DNA of 37,715 nucleotides from Fusobacteriota bacterium (lineage in GTDB: Bacteria > Fusobacteriota > Fusobacteriia > Fusobacteriales > JBNJFI01): positions 1 through 37,715 of the forward strand of contig JBNJFI010000009.1 of NCBI GenBank assembly GCA_051746725.1, read 5' to 3'. A model generated the notes under the pieces. The model ran no database searches. It saw only the letters and a program-made list of their open reading frames with translations, and was not told where the DNA came from. Numbering within the stretch: the first letter of the stretch is position 1; each line of letters starts with the position of its first letter. Made by a program: the position numbers and the translations under genes. Below, in pieces: positions 1 through 8,485 of this stretch.

Positions 1-1487
1 GTCTTTCCCAGTCCCATGTCATCTGCTAAAATTCCTGAAAAATTATAATTTTTCAGGAATTTCATCCATTTAACTCCCCTTTTTTGGTATGATCTTAATA
101 TTTTCTCTAATTTTTTATTATTTATGGTTATATCATTATATAAATTGTTTTTATAAATATTTTTATTTTCTAATTCTTTTAATTTGCAAAAAATTTCTTC
201 TCTGTTATTAATATTTGAATCCATATTTATATCTTTATCTTTATTTTCTAAATCTTCTTTATTTTTTATTAAATATATTTTACCATTTTTAGAAATTACT
301 CCTGTCTTTCTTATTTGTTTTATTTCATCTTTTTTGAGATTATTTCTCTTTATTTTATAATTTATCTTCAGATAGCTTTTTTGTTTATCAAAACTATAAT
401 CGACATCAGATTTTATTTTTATATCAGATATCCCTAGTTTTGACCAATCCTTATTAATTTTTTTATAGTCTTTTTTGAAAAAGACATCTTTACAATAAAA
501 TTTAGAGTTTTTAAACTCAATATTTTCTCCTTTTAAAAAATTAATAAACTCATTATATTCCTTATTATCCACTTTTTCCCATGAATACTTATCAATTTTT
601 TTATAATCAGTATTAATCTTTAATATATCCTGGTTTTTATACGCCTTATCTTCAAAACGGATAACTGGTATAATAATATATTTTGATTTTATCTTTTTAA
701 ATTTTAAAATATAACTAACATCTTTTTTATATAAAACATACTTCTTTATCTCTTTTCCTAATTTTACATTTGATTCTTTTATATATTTATCTAATTTTTC
801 AAACAAAAAAGCAGGATAAATTTCTTTATTATTCTCAGATAACAATTCTTTATTTTCAATATAAAATATCTCTTTCTTTTTTGAACTAATATCTTTTATA
901 CTTATTTTTTCTTTTTTAATATCAACTTTATAAGTAGATTTTTTTATATCAAGATTTTTATCTTCAATATATAATTTTTTCAATATCTTTATAATTTCAG
1001 GATTTAATTTAAAATTCTTTCTTATAGCTAAAGTATAAATTAATAACCTCTCATAATAAGAAATTTCATCTAATAATCTTTTTATTTTTTCATTATAATC
1101 AGTATATCCTAATATCCAATTTGAAATATCACTTTCATATTGGACTTTGAGTTTATTATTTGATATTTTATATTCATATTTTTGATATGTCATATCCTCG
1201 TTTTTTTTATTTTTTCCATTATAACTTAATATTAAAGTAATTATATGACTACATATTCCATTATAATCACAGCTGCAACTATAAGTAGACTTATATTCAT
1301 AATTTTTATTTATAAATATCTCGACATCTTCATATTTATATCCATTTTTAACTTTTCCAAAAAGAGATACTACACCAGGTAATTCTTTCTTTTGGGAAAC
1401 ATCCTTAATCTTCCCTTTAGAAAAAACATCTTTTCCTTCATTATACATATATTTCTCGCTTATTGCCTTTAAATATTTTTTAATCAT
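1..1487 (-). CDS. SNF2/SWI2-family helicase, N-terminal ~495 aa only (SWIM zinc finger + start of ATPase domain). The gene continues past the window start.
   Basis: A minus-strand ORF runs from ATG at 1487 to the window edge with no stop, so it is absent from the ORF track. The RBS is 'aaaagggaga' (rc of 1491-1500). Hand translation of the last codons at the window start gives '...FLKNYNFSGILADDMGLGKT', the SNF2 motif I / Walker A. A mid-region translation gives 'STYSCSCDYNGICSHIITLIL', a CxC-x(n)-CxH SWIM zinc finger. Confidence 0.8.
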   Translation of the reverse strand, partial: MIKKYLKAISEKYMYNEGKDVFSKGKIKDVSQKKELPGVVSLFGKVKNGYKYEDVEIFINKNYEYKSTYSCSCDYNGICSHIITLILSYNGKNKKNEDMTYQKYEYKISNNKLKVQYESDISNWILGYTDYNEKIKRLLDEISYYERLLIYTLAIRKNFKLNPEIIKILKKLYIEDKNLDIKKSTYKVDIKKEKISIKDISSKKKEIFYIENKELLSENNKEIYPAFLFEKLDKYIKESNVKLGKEIKKYVLYKKDVSYILKFKKIKSKYIIIPVIRFEDKAYKNQDILKINTDYKKIDKYSWEKVDNKEYNEFINFLKGENIEFKNSKFYCKDVFFKKDYKKINKDWSKLGISDIKIKSDVDYSFDKQKSYLKINYKIKRNNLKKDEIKQIRKTGVISKNGKIYLIKNKEDLENKDKDINMDSNINNREEIFCKLKELENKNIYKNNLYNDITINNKKLEKILRSYQKRGVKWMKFLKNYNFSGILADDMGLGK

Positions 1488-1515
1488 AATTCTCCCTTTT
1501 TTTATTATTTAGTCC

Positions 1516-1544
1516 ATTATATCATCCAAAGATATTTTAATCAA
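1516..1544 (-). promoter_or_regulatory. Candidate sigma70 promoter of the SNF2 helicase gene: -35 TTGATT, 17-bp spacer, extended -10 TGaTATAAT, read on the minus strand.
   Basis: The rc of 1516-1544 reads 'ttgatt' + 17 nt + 'tataat' with 'tg' one base upstream. It lies about 30 nt upstream of the ATG at 1487. Confidence 0.35.
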
Positions 1545-1601
1545 TTAAGGTTTTTTGCATCTTATCTTTTTAATTTAATTAAGATAAATTGTAATATAAA
1601 A

Positions 1602-1640
1602 AAGACAGATATAAATTACTCTTATCTGTCTTTTTAGATT
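1602..1640 (-). terminator. Rho-independent terminator downstream of the stomatin-like gene.
   Basis: Plus strand 'aaaaaagacagatataaattactcttatctgtcttttt'. The stem 'agacagat'/'atctgtct' is flanked by an A-run and a T-run, so it can act in both directions. It lies just below the stop at 1645. Confidence 0.6.
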
Positions 1641-1644
1641 TTTG

Positions 1645-2598
1645 TTACATATTCAATTTATTTTTTCCTATTAATTCTTTAATTCCACCAATAGAACTTA
1701 AAACAGAACTAGTTTCATATGGCATAAATACAACTTTATCTGTATCTTTCTGAGCTAATTCTTTTAAATTATCTATATATTTAATTGCTATAAGATAATT
1801 TGCTGGATCCATGGGATCACCATTCATTGATTTAGATATTTTTCCAATTGCTTCTGATTCTGCTTGGGCCACCTTTAATCTTGCTTCTGCCTTACCTTCT
1901 GCATGTAATATTTTCGATCTTCTAACACCTTCTGCTTTTTTGATTTCTGCTTCTTTCTTACCTTGGGCTTCTAAAATAAGAGCTCTTTTAGTTCTTTCAG
2001 CCTTCATTTGTTTTTCCATTGCATCTCTTATTTCTTTAGGAGGTATAATATCTTGTAACTCTACTCTATTAACTTTAACTCCCCATTTATCAGTTGCTTC
2101 ATCTAAAATTAATCTCAATTTATTATTTATAGTATCCCTAGAGACCAAAGTTTCATCTAAATCCAACTCCCCTATTACATTTCTAAGAGTAGTCTGAGTT
2201 AATTTTTCAATTGCATTTGGAACATTATTTATCTCATAAGTTGTCTTCTTGGGGTCTATTATTTGAAAATAAATCAAAGCATTGATTTGTATTGTAACGT
2301 TATCTTTTGTTATTACATTTTGTTTTGGAAAATCATATACAGTTTCTCTCAAGTCTATCTTGCTTACCATCTGAGAAGCATATGTATTCACCCCTTGGGT
2401 ATCTGTTTCGACATATTTCCAAATTATAGTTCTAGGTGAATCTATAATAGGAATTATAAAATTCAAACCACTTTCTAATGTTTTATGATATTTTCCAAGT
2501 CTTTCTACTATCATAACTTCTGCTTGATGGATTATTCTTACCCCTTTTGCTATAAATATTATTACAAAAATTCCTAATACTATACTTATTATTTGCAT
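1645..2598 (-). CDS. SPFH/band-7 (stomatin/prohibitin-like) membrane protein.
   Basis: N-terminal TM helix, then a typical stomatin core ('IDLRETVYDFPKQNVITKDNVTIQINALIYFQIIDP') and a C-terminal E/K-rich coiled coil. The RBS 'aaaaaaggaga' precedes the ATG. Confidence 0.9.
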   Translation of the reverse strand: MQIISIVLGIFVIIFIAKGVRIIHQAEVMIVERLGKYHKTLESGLNFIIPIIDSPRTIIWKYVETDTQGVNTYASQMVSKIDLRETVYDFPKQNVITKDNVTIQINALIYFQIIDPKKTTYEINNVPNAIEKLTQTTLRNVIGELDLDETLVSRDTINNKLRLILDEATDKWGVKVNRVELQDIIPPKEIRDAMEKQMKAERTKRALILEAQGKKEAEIKKAEGVRRSKILHAEGKAEARLKVAQAESEAIGKISKSMNGDPMDPANYLIAIKYIDNLKELAQKDTDKVVFMPYETSSVLSSIGGIKELIGKNKLNM

Positions 2599-2617
2599 TT
2601 TTTATCTCCTTTTTTTA

Positions 2618-3364
2618 TTATTTTACATATTTTTCTAATATTTTATCATATACATCTTTGTCTTTTGTTTTTAACTTTTCAATGGATTTCTGAAATTTAT
2701 TTACGATTTCATCTGAAGTATCTTTATTAAATCCTATAAAGAGCTCCCCTTCTTTTAATAGATATATACTTTCATAGTCATTGGGATTATATCCCTCAGA
2801 CCTTAATGTATAACTTGCAACATTTTCCTCATAAGCCCAAATATCTATTCTCTCTGCATTCAATTTTCTAGCATTTAACTTCGGTGTAGCATCTTCATAT
2901 AGATTTTTATCTGGAACCCCCATCTTTTCCAAAAGTTGCTGTGCTATATCATCTCTAACAACACCAATTTTGTAGTCTTTCATATCTTCAACACCATTTA
3001 TCTCAATTTCTTCTTCTTTTTTAGCTTTTAAGACAACTCTATTTTTTATAACCGGTCCTGCCCACTTAAACTTAGGTTTTCTTTCTTCAGTAAAAGTGAT
3101 ACCAAAAATAACTGTGTTTTTTCTATTCAAAGTTTCATTATAGCCTCTGGCCCAAGGAACTAAGTTAATATCCTCTTTAGTTAAACTCGAATTATTATCT
3201 TCCAAAATGTACTCTACTACATCCACCATTATTCCTTCTAATTTTCCAGTTTTCTCATTTTCATAATTATAAGGTGGATACTGTTCTGTGTACATTTTTA
3301 AATCATTAATTCCAGCACTAAATAGGATGCCTGTTATTAAAAAAAACATAATTACTTTCTTCAT
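2618..3364 (-). CDS. Periplasmic/extracytoplasmic substrate-binding protein, family 3 (amino-acid ABC-type SBP fold), with signal peptide.
   Basis: Signal peptide 'MKKVIMFFLITGILFSAG'. Length (~250 aa) and lobe/hinge pattern ('NAERIDIWAYEE') are typical of SBP_bac_3. It is paralogous to 4226..4987. Confidence 0.75.
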   Translation of the reverse strand: MKKVIMFFLITGILFSAGINDLKMYTEQYPPYNYENEKTGKLEGIMVDVVEYILEDNNSSLTKEDINLVPWARGYNETLNRKNTVIFGITFTEERKPKFKWAGPVIKNRVVLKAKKEEEIEINGVEDMKDYKIGVVRDDIAQQLLEKMGVPDKNLYEDATPKLNARKLNAERIDIWAYEENVASYTLRSEGYNPNDYESIYLLKEGELFIGFNKDTSDEIVNKFQKSIEKLKTKDKDVYDKILEKYVK

Positions 3365-3400
3365 GTCATCAACCCCTTCTATATTTTAAGACTTTTATAA

Positions 3401-3919
3401 TTATTCTCTTATCTTAACACCGCTAAATACTGCACTTATCTTTATTGTAATAGGATCCACATCAGATTTGGAATCAAAATTCTTACTCTTATATTTTCCT
3501 TTCCCCAGAGCAGCAACATTATCATTTGGAAATTTAACTCCTGCAAATGCTGTATCAGCTTCTATTATAACAGGAATATCTGTATCCAAATATATGTCTG
3601 CACTTCCAAATACAACATTGATTTTAACATTTTCTCCAGCTTCTAGTTTATTCAATCGTATCTCAGACCCTGAAAAAACAACATTATATTCTTTAAATTC
3701 ACCATCAAATTCAAAATCTTTTTTTCCAAATACCACTGTGTTTTCTTCAGTTTCTATTTTTCCTAGTCCAATATGAGTCTTACCTGGAAATAACATTGTC
3801 ACTCCTAGGTAAATAAAAAATATTGCCAATGCAATCCTAAAAATTGGTATGTTAATCGGTAATATTACTGAAATTCCTAACAGTATCAATATTGCTCCCC
3901 AAAAAAGGTTCATCTTCAT
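3401..3919 (-). CDS. Membrane protein with one N-terminal TM segment and a beta-rich C-terminal domain (LiaF/DUF2154-like).
   Basis: Two hydrophobic helices at the N-terminus, then repeated 'VVFG../..IDL' beta-strand motifs as in the LiaF C-terminal domain. Assignment is by pattern only. Confidence 0.45.
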   Translation of the reverse strand: MKMNLFWGAILILLGISVILPINIPIFRIALAIFFIYLGVTMLFPGKTHIGLGKIETEENTVVFGKKDFEFDGEFKEYNVVFSGSEIRLNKLEAGENVKINVVFGSADIYLDTDIPVIIEADTAFAGVKFPNDNVAALGKGKYKSKNFDSKSDVDPITIKISAVFSGVKIRE

Positions 3920-3940
3920 TTTTACCTCCTAATCATATTT

Positions 3941-4225
3941 TTAATTTCTTATTTCTATTCCATATTTTTCCATTATTTCTTTATACTTCCCACTTTCTTT
4001 TATTTCTTCCAATCCTTTATTAAATGCATTAATTAATTCTTTATGTCTAGGATTTTTAAACCCAATGGCAATATATAATTCCTCGCTAGATAATGGAGTT
4101 TTAACAAAATCTACTTCATTAAGCAAATCTTCGTCTTCTTGTGCCATTTTTATTCTTCCTACAATTTCATCTTCCAAGGTTAAATCTATTCTTCCAGCTA
4201 TTAATTTTCTTATATTAAATTTAGA
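3941..4225 (-). pseudogene. 3' remnant of a family-3 substrate-binding-protein paralog, in frame with the upstream gene and directly after its TAA stop.
   Basis: Reading through the TAA (4226-4228) of ORF 4226..4987 in the same frame gives 'SKFNIRKLIAGRIDLT(L)EDEIVGRIKMAQ...INAFNKGLEEIKESGKYKEIMEKYGIEIRN*'. This aligns with the C-terminal lobe of both SBP paralogs ('LLAGRIDIF...', '...KFNKGLNKLKESGEYDEF'). There is no N-terminal lobe and no signal peptide. Confidence 0.5.
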
Positions 4226-4987
4226 TTACTTTGCATAATTTCCTTCTAGAGAATTTTGGATAAATTCATCATATTCCCCGCTCTCTTTCAGTTTATTTAA
4301 CCCTTTATTAAATTTTTTCATTAATTCTTTGTTTTCAGGATCTTTACGAGTTAAAATTAATTTATAACTTTTTTGTGTTATAGGCTTAGAATGATGAGTA
4401 AGTTTTCCAAAATCTTCAGAATCAAATTCATTTCTAATCATTTCATAACCTATATCCTTGTCTAAAGGAAATATATCTATTCTTCCTGCTAACAATTTTT
4501 TTAAATTTGTCTCATCATTTGGAGCCTGTTCTATATCTAAGTTCTTCTCCTCTACATACTCATCTAACCCCTGATAAGCATAACCTATAGTAGTCCCTAT
4601 AGTTAATCCTTTTAAGTCATCGATAGTTTCCCAATCAAAATCTGTACCTTTTTTGTAGAAAAATACCGTATCAGAATACATAACGGGATCACTATAATAA
4701 ACATCTTTTTTTCTCTCTTCTGTTTCCGACCATAATATAGATCCATCCCATCTTCCTCTTTTAACTAAATCATATGATCTTGCCCATGGAAAAAAACCAT
4801 ACTCAACTTCTATTCCTTCCTTTGCAAAAGCTTCTGTTACAATGTGTGAAGCCACTCCATAATGCTTATAATTCTCTGATAACCATGGTGCCCATTCCCC
4901 ATTTGTTATTTTTACTTTCTCTCCTAAAGTTAAAGCAGATAATATTAATAAACCGATCACAACTAAATTTCTAATTTTTTTTGTCAT
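4226..4987 (-). CDS. Substrate-binding protein, family 3, with signal peptide/lipoprotein-like N-terminus.
   Basis: N-terminus 'MTKKIRNLVVIGLLILSAL'. Full two-lobe SBP length. The RBS 'aggagggg' precedes the ATG. The stop lies 12 bp after the MCP stop. Confidence 0.8.
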   Translation of the reverse strand: MTKKIRNLVVIGLLILSALTLGEKVKITNGEWAPWLSENYKHYGVASHIVTEAFAKEGIEVEYGFFPWARSYDLVKRGRWDGSILWSETEERKKDVYYSDPVMYSDTVFFYKKGTDFDWETIDDLKGLTIGTTIGYAYQGLDEYVEEKNLDIEQAPNDETNLKKLLAGRIDIFPLDKDIGYEMIRNEFDSEDFGKLTHHSKPITQKSYKLILTRKDPENKELMKKFNKGLNKLKESGEYDEFIQNSLEGNYAK

Positions 4988-4999
4988 TTTAAACCCCTC

Positions 5000-6658
5000 C
5001 TAATTTTTATTAAGTTCCTTTAAATCACCTGAATGAATGGCCTCAACTTCTTTTAATTTAAAAAATTTCACTTTTTCTTTTAACTCACCTGCCATGGATG
5101 TTAAATTTGTCATTTCTTTTATCTGTCTATCTAAAATATGGTTTATTTTTTCAGAAATTTCATAATTATAAGTAGATTTTTCTTCTATTTCTGTTGATTG
5201 ATCTGTTATAGCCCCTATCGCTTCGGTTATCTCCTCAGTTGCCACTACTTCTTCTTTCATAGACTGAGTAATACTAGATATTTCTTCATTATTTTTTCTT
5301 ATCATATTCATTATATTATCTATAGCTTTTCGTATACTTTGACTTATATCCATTCCAGCTTGAACATTTCCTATGACCATATCATTGGCATCTTGCACTG
5401 TTTCTACTTCTTTTTGTATGTCTGTTATTATCTCTTCTATTTTATCAGTCTCGCCATTTGTTTTTTCAGCAAGCTTTCTTATTTCTTCTGCTACAACTGC
5501 AAAACCTTTTCCAGCTTCCCCTGCTCTAGCAGCTTCTATTGCTGCATTTAATGCTAATAAATTAGTTTGTTCAGATATTCCATTTATTGCAACAATTATT
5601 TCTCCAATACGATCTGATAAACCAGAAAGATCTCCAATTTTTTTACTAGATCTTTGAACATTTTTATTAGTCTCTTCCATTTTTGAATTCATCGCTTCTA
5701 TCTGTTCTACGCTTCCTTTGGATCTCTCTAAAGCCTCTTTAGAAGTTTCATTAGTCTTTTCAGTCTTTTCTCCTATATTCTTTGAAGTTGCTGATACCTC
5801 CTGAAGGGTAGCCAGACTTTGTTCAGAAGATGCTGTCTGAGATCGAACACTATCCATAACTTCTTCATTATATTCTTTTAATTGCTTTATTCCTTTTTCT
5901 ACTTTATCTTCTAAATCTTTAAAATACTCACTATCCTCACCTAAAACTATATTATCCATGGTTTTAGATAATTTTTTGTTCTTTTCTTCAACTTTATCAA
6001 CCATCTCCAAAATTCCCTTGATTAAACCATTTAAAATTTCCATAAATTCATTAAACTGATTTGCTAAATTTCCTATTTCATCTTTAGTTTTTATATCCAA
6101 TTTAATTTGTAAGTCCCCTTCAGTACCTTTTTTAAAAGCCTTGGAAAATTTCTGTAATGGTTTAAGTAAAACTGAAGATATTGACGTTATAGTAATTATT
6201 AAAATTATCAATATTACAGCTAAAGATATAATTAAAAAATTTCTAGTTTTAGTTACTTCCTGCATTGCAAATTTATTAGTAAAATGAATTTCAGCTTTAC
6301 CTATAGATTCGCCCTCCTTCTTAATATCAATAACTTCTTTTATTAGGTTTATATTTTCTTCTTTTTCTAATTTACCAATTTCTGTTAAAGTTTCATCATA
6401 GCTATCTATTACCTTTATATAGGTAATATAATTATTTTTTAGGAAAATATTCATATCTTCTTCTAATTGATCATAATCCAAATTCCAAATACTACTTGCA
6501 CTTATTCCTGGGATAGTTCTAGATATCAAGTCTATTTTTTGTTCTAAGTGATTCATGCTTTGATCTTTTTGTACTGAGATCAAAAAAACAATAAAAATTA
6601 TAAAAATTGTTGATAGAATACCTACTGTTGGTAAGATTATTTTATCTCGTAGTTTCAT
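5000..6658 (-). CDS. Methyl-accepting chemotaxis protein (small periplasmic domain, HAMP, MCP signalling domain).
   Basis: Two TM segments bracket a ~120-aa periplasmic region. The highly conserved MCP signalling motif '[34 protein letters not shown]' is present. The RBS 'gggggga' precedes the ATG at 6658. Confidence 0.9.
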   Translation of the reverse strand: MKLRDKIILPTVGILSTIFIIFIVFLISVQKDQSMNHLEQKIDLISRTIPGISASSIWNLDYDQLEEDMNIFLKNNYITYIKVIDSYDETLTEIGKLEKEENINLIKEVIDIKKEGESIGKAEIHFTNKFAMQEVTKTRNFLIISLAVILIILIITITSISSVLLKPLQKFSKAFKKGTEGDLQIKLDIKTKDEIGNLANQFNEFMEILNGLIKGILEMVDKVEEKNKKLSKTMDNIVLGEDSEYFKDLEDKVEKGIKQLKEYNEEVMDSVRSQTASSEQSLATLQEVSATSKNIGEKTEKTNETSKEALERSKGSVEQIEAMNSKMEETNKNVQRSSKKIGDLSGLSDRIGEIIVAINGISEQTNLLALNAAIEAARAGEAGKGFAVVAEEIRKLAEKTNGETDKIEEIITDIQKEVETVQDANDMVIGNVQAGMDISQSIRKAIDNIMNMIRKNNEEISSITQSMKEEVVATEEITEAIGAITDQSTEIEEKSTYNYEISEKINHILDRQIKEMTNLTSMAGELKEKVKFFKLKEVEAIHSGDLKELNKN

Positions 6659-6685
6659 ATAAATCCCCCCATTTCTAAATCTTAT

Positions 6686-6958
6686 TAGCTAGTTGCAAAA
6701 CTCTAACCATTACATTTAATTGCTTTTATTACACTTACTTTTAAGGTCTGCCCCCCTCTAAATCTCCCCCTAGCAGGGGAGACTATCTTTATTTTCTTTC
6801 AAAATTGATTTTTAGAAAACATCTGAATTATTTAAACCCTTGCTACTTTCTTGCTTATCCCGTCCCCTGCCAGGGGGAAGGCTAGGAAGGGGGGCTTTAA
6901 ATTGTTGGTAATTCTGTGGATAACCTAAAATTTTATTCTTCAGTTTTGCAACTACCTA
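6686..6958. mobile_element. MITE-like element copy 1: terminal inverted repeats 'tagctagttgcaaaact' ... 'agttttgcaactaccta' around a GC-rich core built from two inverted ~35-nt hairpin units.
   Basis: Left terminus 6686-6702 and right terminus 6942-6958 are reverse complements of each other. The core has 'gcccccct...tctcccc-ctagca-ggggaga' (6750-6783) and its inverted counterpart 'tcccc-tgcca-ggggg...aggggggc' (6863-6898). This is strongly GC-rich in an AT-rich genome. It is homologous at both ends to the element at 21625-21876. Confidence 0.5.
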
Positions 6959-6964
6959 TAAATA

Positions 6965-7375
6965 TTATATTAAAATCATCTTATTTCCATCTATCTCAGA
7001 AACCTTTACTTTATCACCTTTTTCTAAATCTTTTTTGCAAATTCCCATCCACTCTTCACCAAAAATTTTAACTCGATAATTCCCGTCATCTAATTTTTTT
7101 ATAACCTCAACCTCTTTTCCTATATAAGTTTTATTATTACTTTTATACTCGGTGTTGGGATTAAAAATTTCTTTTTTTCTCATAAAAAAGAAAATCCCCA
7201 TTGATAAAATTATATCTATAATTATTAACATAGTTATATCTTCTATCCATAAAGATATTATGCCAGTTATCAAAGTTCCAACTCCTATTCCAAAAAATAT
7301 AAAACTAGATGGGGTAAACATCTCTAATATAATTAGAATTATTCCCAAAATAAATAAAACTTCTGTTATTCCCAT
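6965..7375 (-). CDS. NfeD-like membrane protein (TM N-terminus, C-terminal OB-fold).
   Basis: Hydrophobic N-terminal half, then 'YRVKIFGEEWMGICKKDLEKGDKVKVSEIDGNKMILI', typical of the NfeD C-terminal beta-barrel. The RBS is 'ggaaggagg'. Confidence 0.7.
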   Translation of the reverse strand: MGITEVLFILGIILIILEMFTPSSFIFFGIGVGTLITGIISLWIEDITMLIIIDIILSMGIFFFMRKKEIFNPNTEYKSNNKTYIGKEVEVIKKLDDGNYRVKIFGEEWMGICKKDLEKGDKVKVSEIDGNKMILI

Positions 7376-7390
7376 AATTTCCTCCTTCCC

Positions 7391-8353
7391 TTATCGTTTC
7401 AAATAATCAGAAACTGTAAGAGCTGCTTTTACTCCCTCAGAAGCAGATATTAATATTTGCTTATATGGTACATTTGTAACATCACCTACGGCAAATATAC
7501 CCTTTTTTGATGTTTCATTCTTACAGTTAATTATTATTTCGTTTTTTTCATTTAACTCTAATAGATCTTTTACAAAAAAGGAATTAGGTTTGTATCCTAT
7601 TTCTATAAAAGCTGCCTTTACTTCAAAAGTAGATTTATCATGATTTTTTCTATTTTCAATAACTACTTTTTCTAAATTATCATCACCTTCTAATCTTAAA
7701 ACTTTAGAATCTGTATATATTTTTATGTTATCCAATGATTTTAATTTATCAACTAAAATCTTATCTGCATTTAATTCACTGGTCCATTCTATCAATCTTA
7801 CCGAATTTGTATATTTAGAAAGATCTATTGCAGCTTCTACTGCAGAATTACCTCCTCCTATTACACAAACATCCTCTTTTTTATATAAAGGACCATCACA
7901 TATGGCACAGTACGTAGCTCCTTTTCCATAAAATTTATCCTCTCCTGGTATGCCTAGTTTTTTATTATGAGTTCCTGTGCTTATAATAACACTCCTAGAT
8001 TTAATTACCTCTCCATTCTCTAATTCTGATCCCTTGATTTCATTATATTTGATATTATTAACTTTTACATCTTCTAGAAAAGGAATATCATATGATTTAA
8101 GATGCTTTTCAAATTGACCTACTAATTCTTCTCCCATTATAGATTCAAACCCCAGATAATTTTCTATTACTCCAGAATCCAAAACTTTTCCTCCTAAATT
8201 CTTAGTCACTAAAATAACATCTAAACCTTTTCGTTTTGAATATATAGCAGAAGCAAAAGCTCCTGGTCCACCACCTATTATAATGACATCGTAAATTTTT
8301 TCATAATCAAAATTTTCTTTCTCCTCTGTATCTAGATCGAAATTAAACTCCAT
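7391..8353 (-). CDS. trxB: Thioredoxin-disulfide reductase (TrxB-like; FAD/NAD(P)-binding, CxxC redox centre). Start re-assigned to the internal ATG.
   Basis: Contains 'YDVIIIGGGPGAFASAIY' (FAD GxGxxG), 'CAICDG' redox motif and 'VCVIGGGNSAVEAA' (NADPH site). The ORF track starts at 8395, but the perfect SD 'aaaggaggag' sits 5 nt before the ATG at 8353 ('MEFNFDLD...'). Confidence 0.85.
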   Translation of the reverse strand: MEFNFDLDTEEKENFDYEKIYDVIIIGGGPGAFASAIYSKRKGLDVILVTKNLGGKVLDSGVIENYLGFESIMGEELVGQFEKHLKSYDIPFLEDVKVNNIKYNEIKGSELENGEVIKSRSVIISTGTHNKKLGIPGEDKFYGKGATYCAICDGPLYKKEDVCVIGGGNSAVEAAIDLSKYTNSVRLIEWTSELNADKILVDKLKSLDNIKIYTDSKVLRLEGDDNLEKVVIENRKNHDKSTFEVKAAFIEIGYKPNSFFVKDLLELNEKNEIIINCKNETSKKGIFAVGDVTNVPYKQILISASEGVKAALTVSDYLKR

Positions 8354-8485
8354 TTCTCCTCCTTTATTGCTTCCTTTTTCTTCTTTATCCCCCATCCTAT
8401 TCTTATATTCGAATTATTTTCATTTTTCCTTTAAATTTATACAAGTTATTTATTTAATTTTTTAATCAATTATAATGTATATCCA

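Noticed and set aside
1811-2197. Plus-strand ORFs of 60-150 aa antisense to the long minus-strand genes. Listed examples: 1811..2197, 3468..3776, 5198..5551, 5373..5657, 12160..12948, 13169..13543, 26071..26517 and 31143..31403. Several others follow the same pattern.
   Set aside because: All lie entirely inside confidently assigned minus-strand genes. Their translations are low-complexity (F/L/I/S-rich, as expected from reading A/K/E-rich coding sequence backwards). They lack RBSs. They are treated as shadow ORFs.
6686-6702. The 'agttgcaaaact' termini as sigma54 (-12 TTGCA) or sigma70 -35 (TTGCAA) promoter elements.
   Set aside because: There is no GG -24 element at the required spacing and no acceptable -10 hexamer 17 bp downstream in any of the four occurrences.
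8396-8485. Possible promoter for the trxB-nfeD genes ('ttgatt...ttgtataaat').
   Set aside because: The -10 and -35 spacing is ambiguous and both matches are weak in very AT-rich sequence. It is not reported as a feature.
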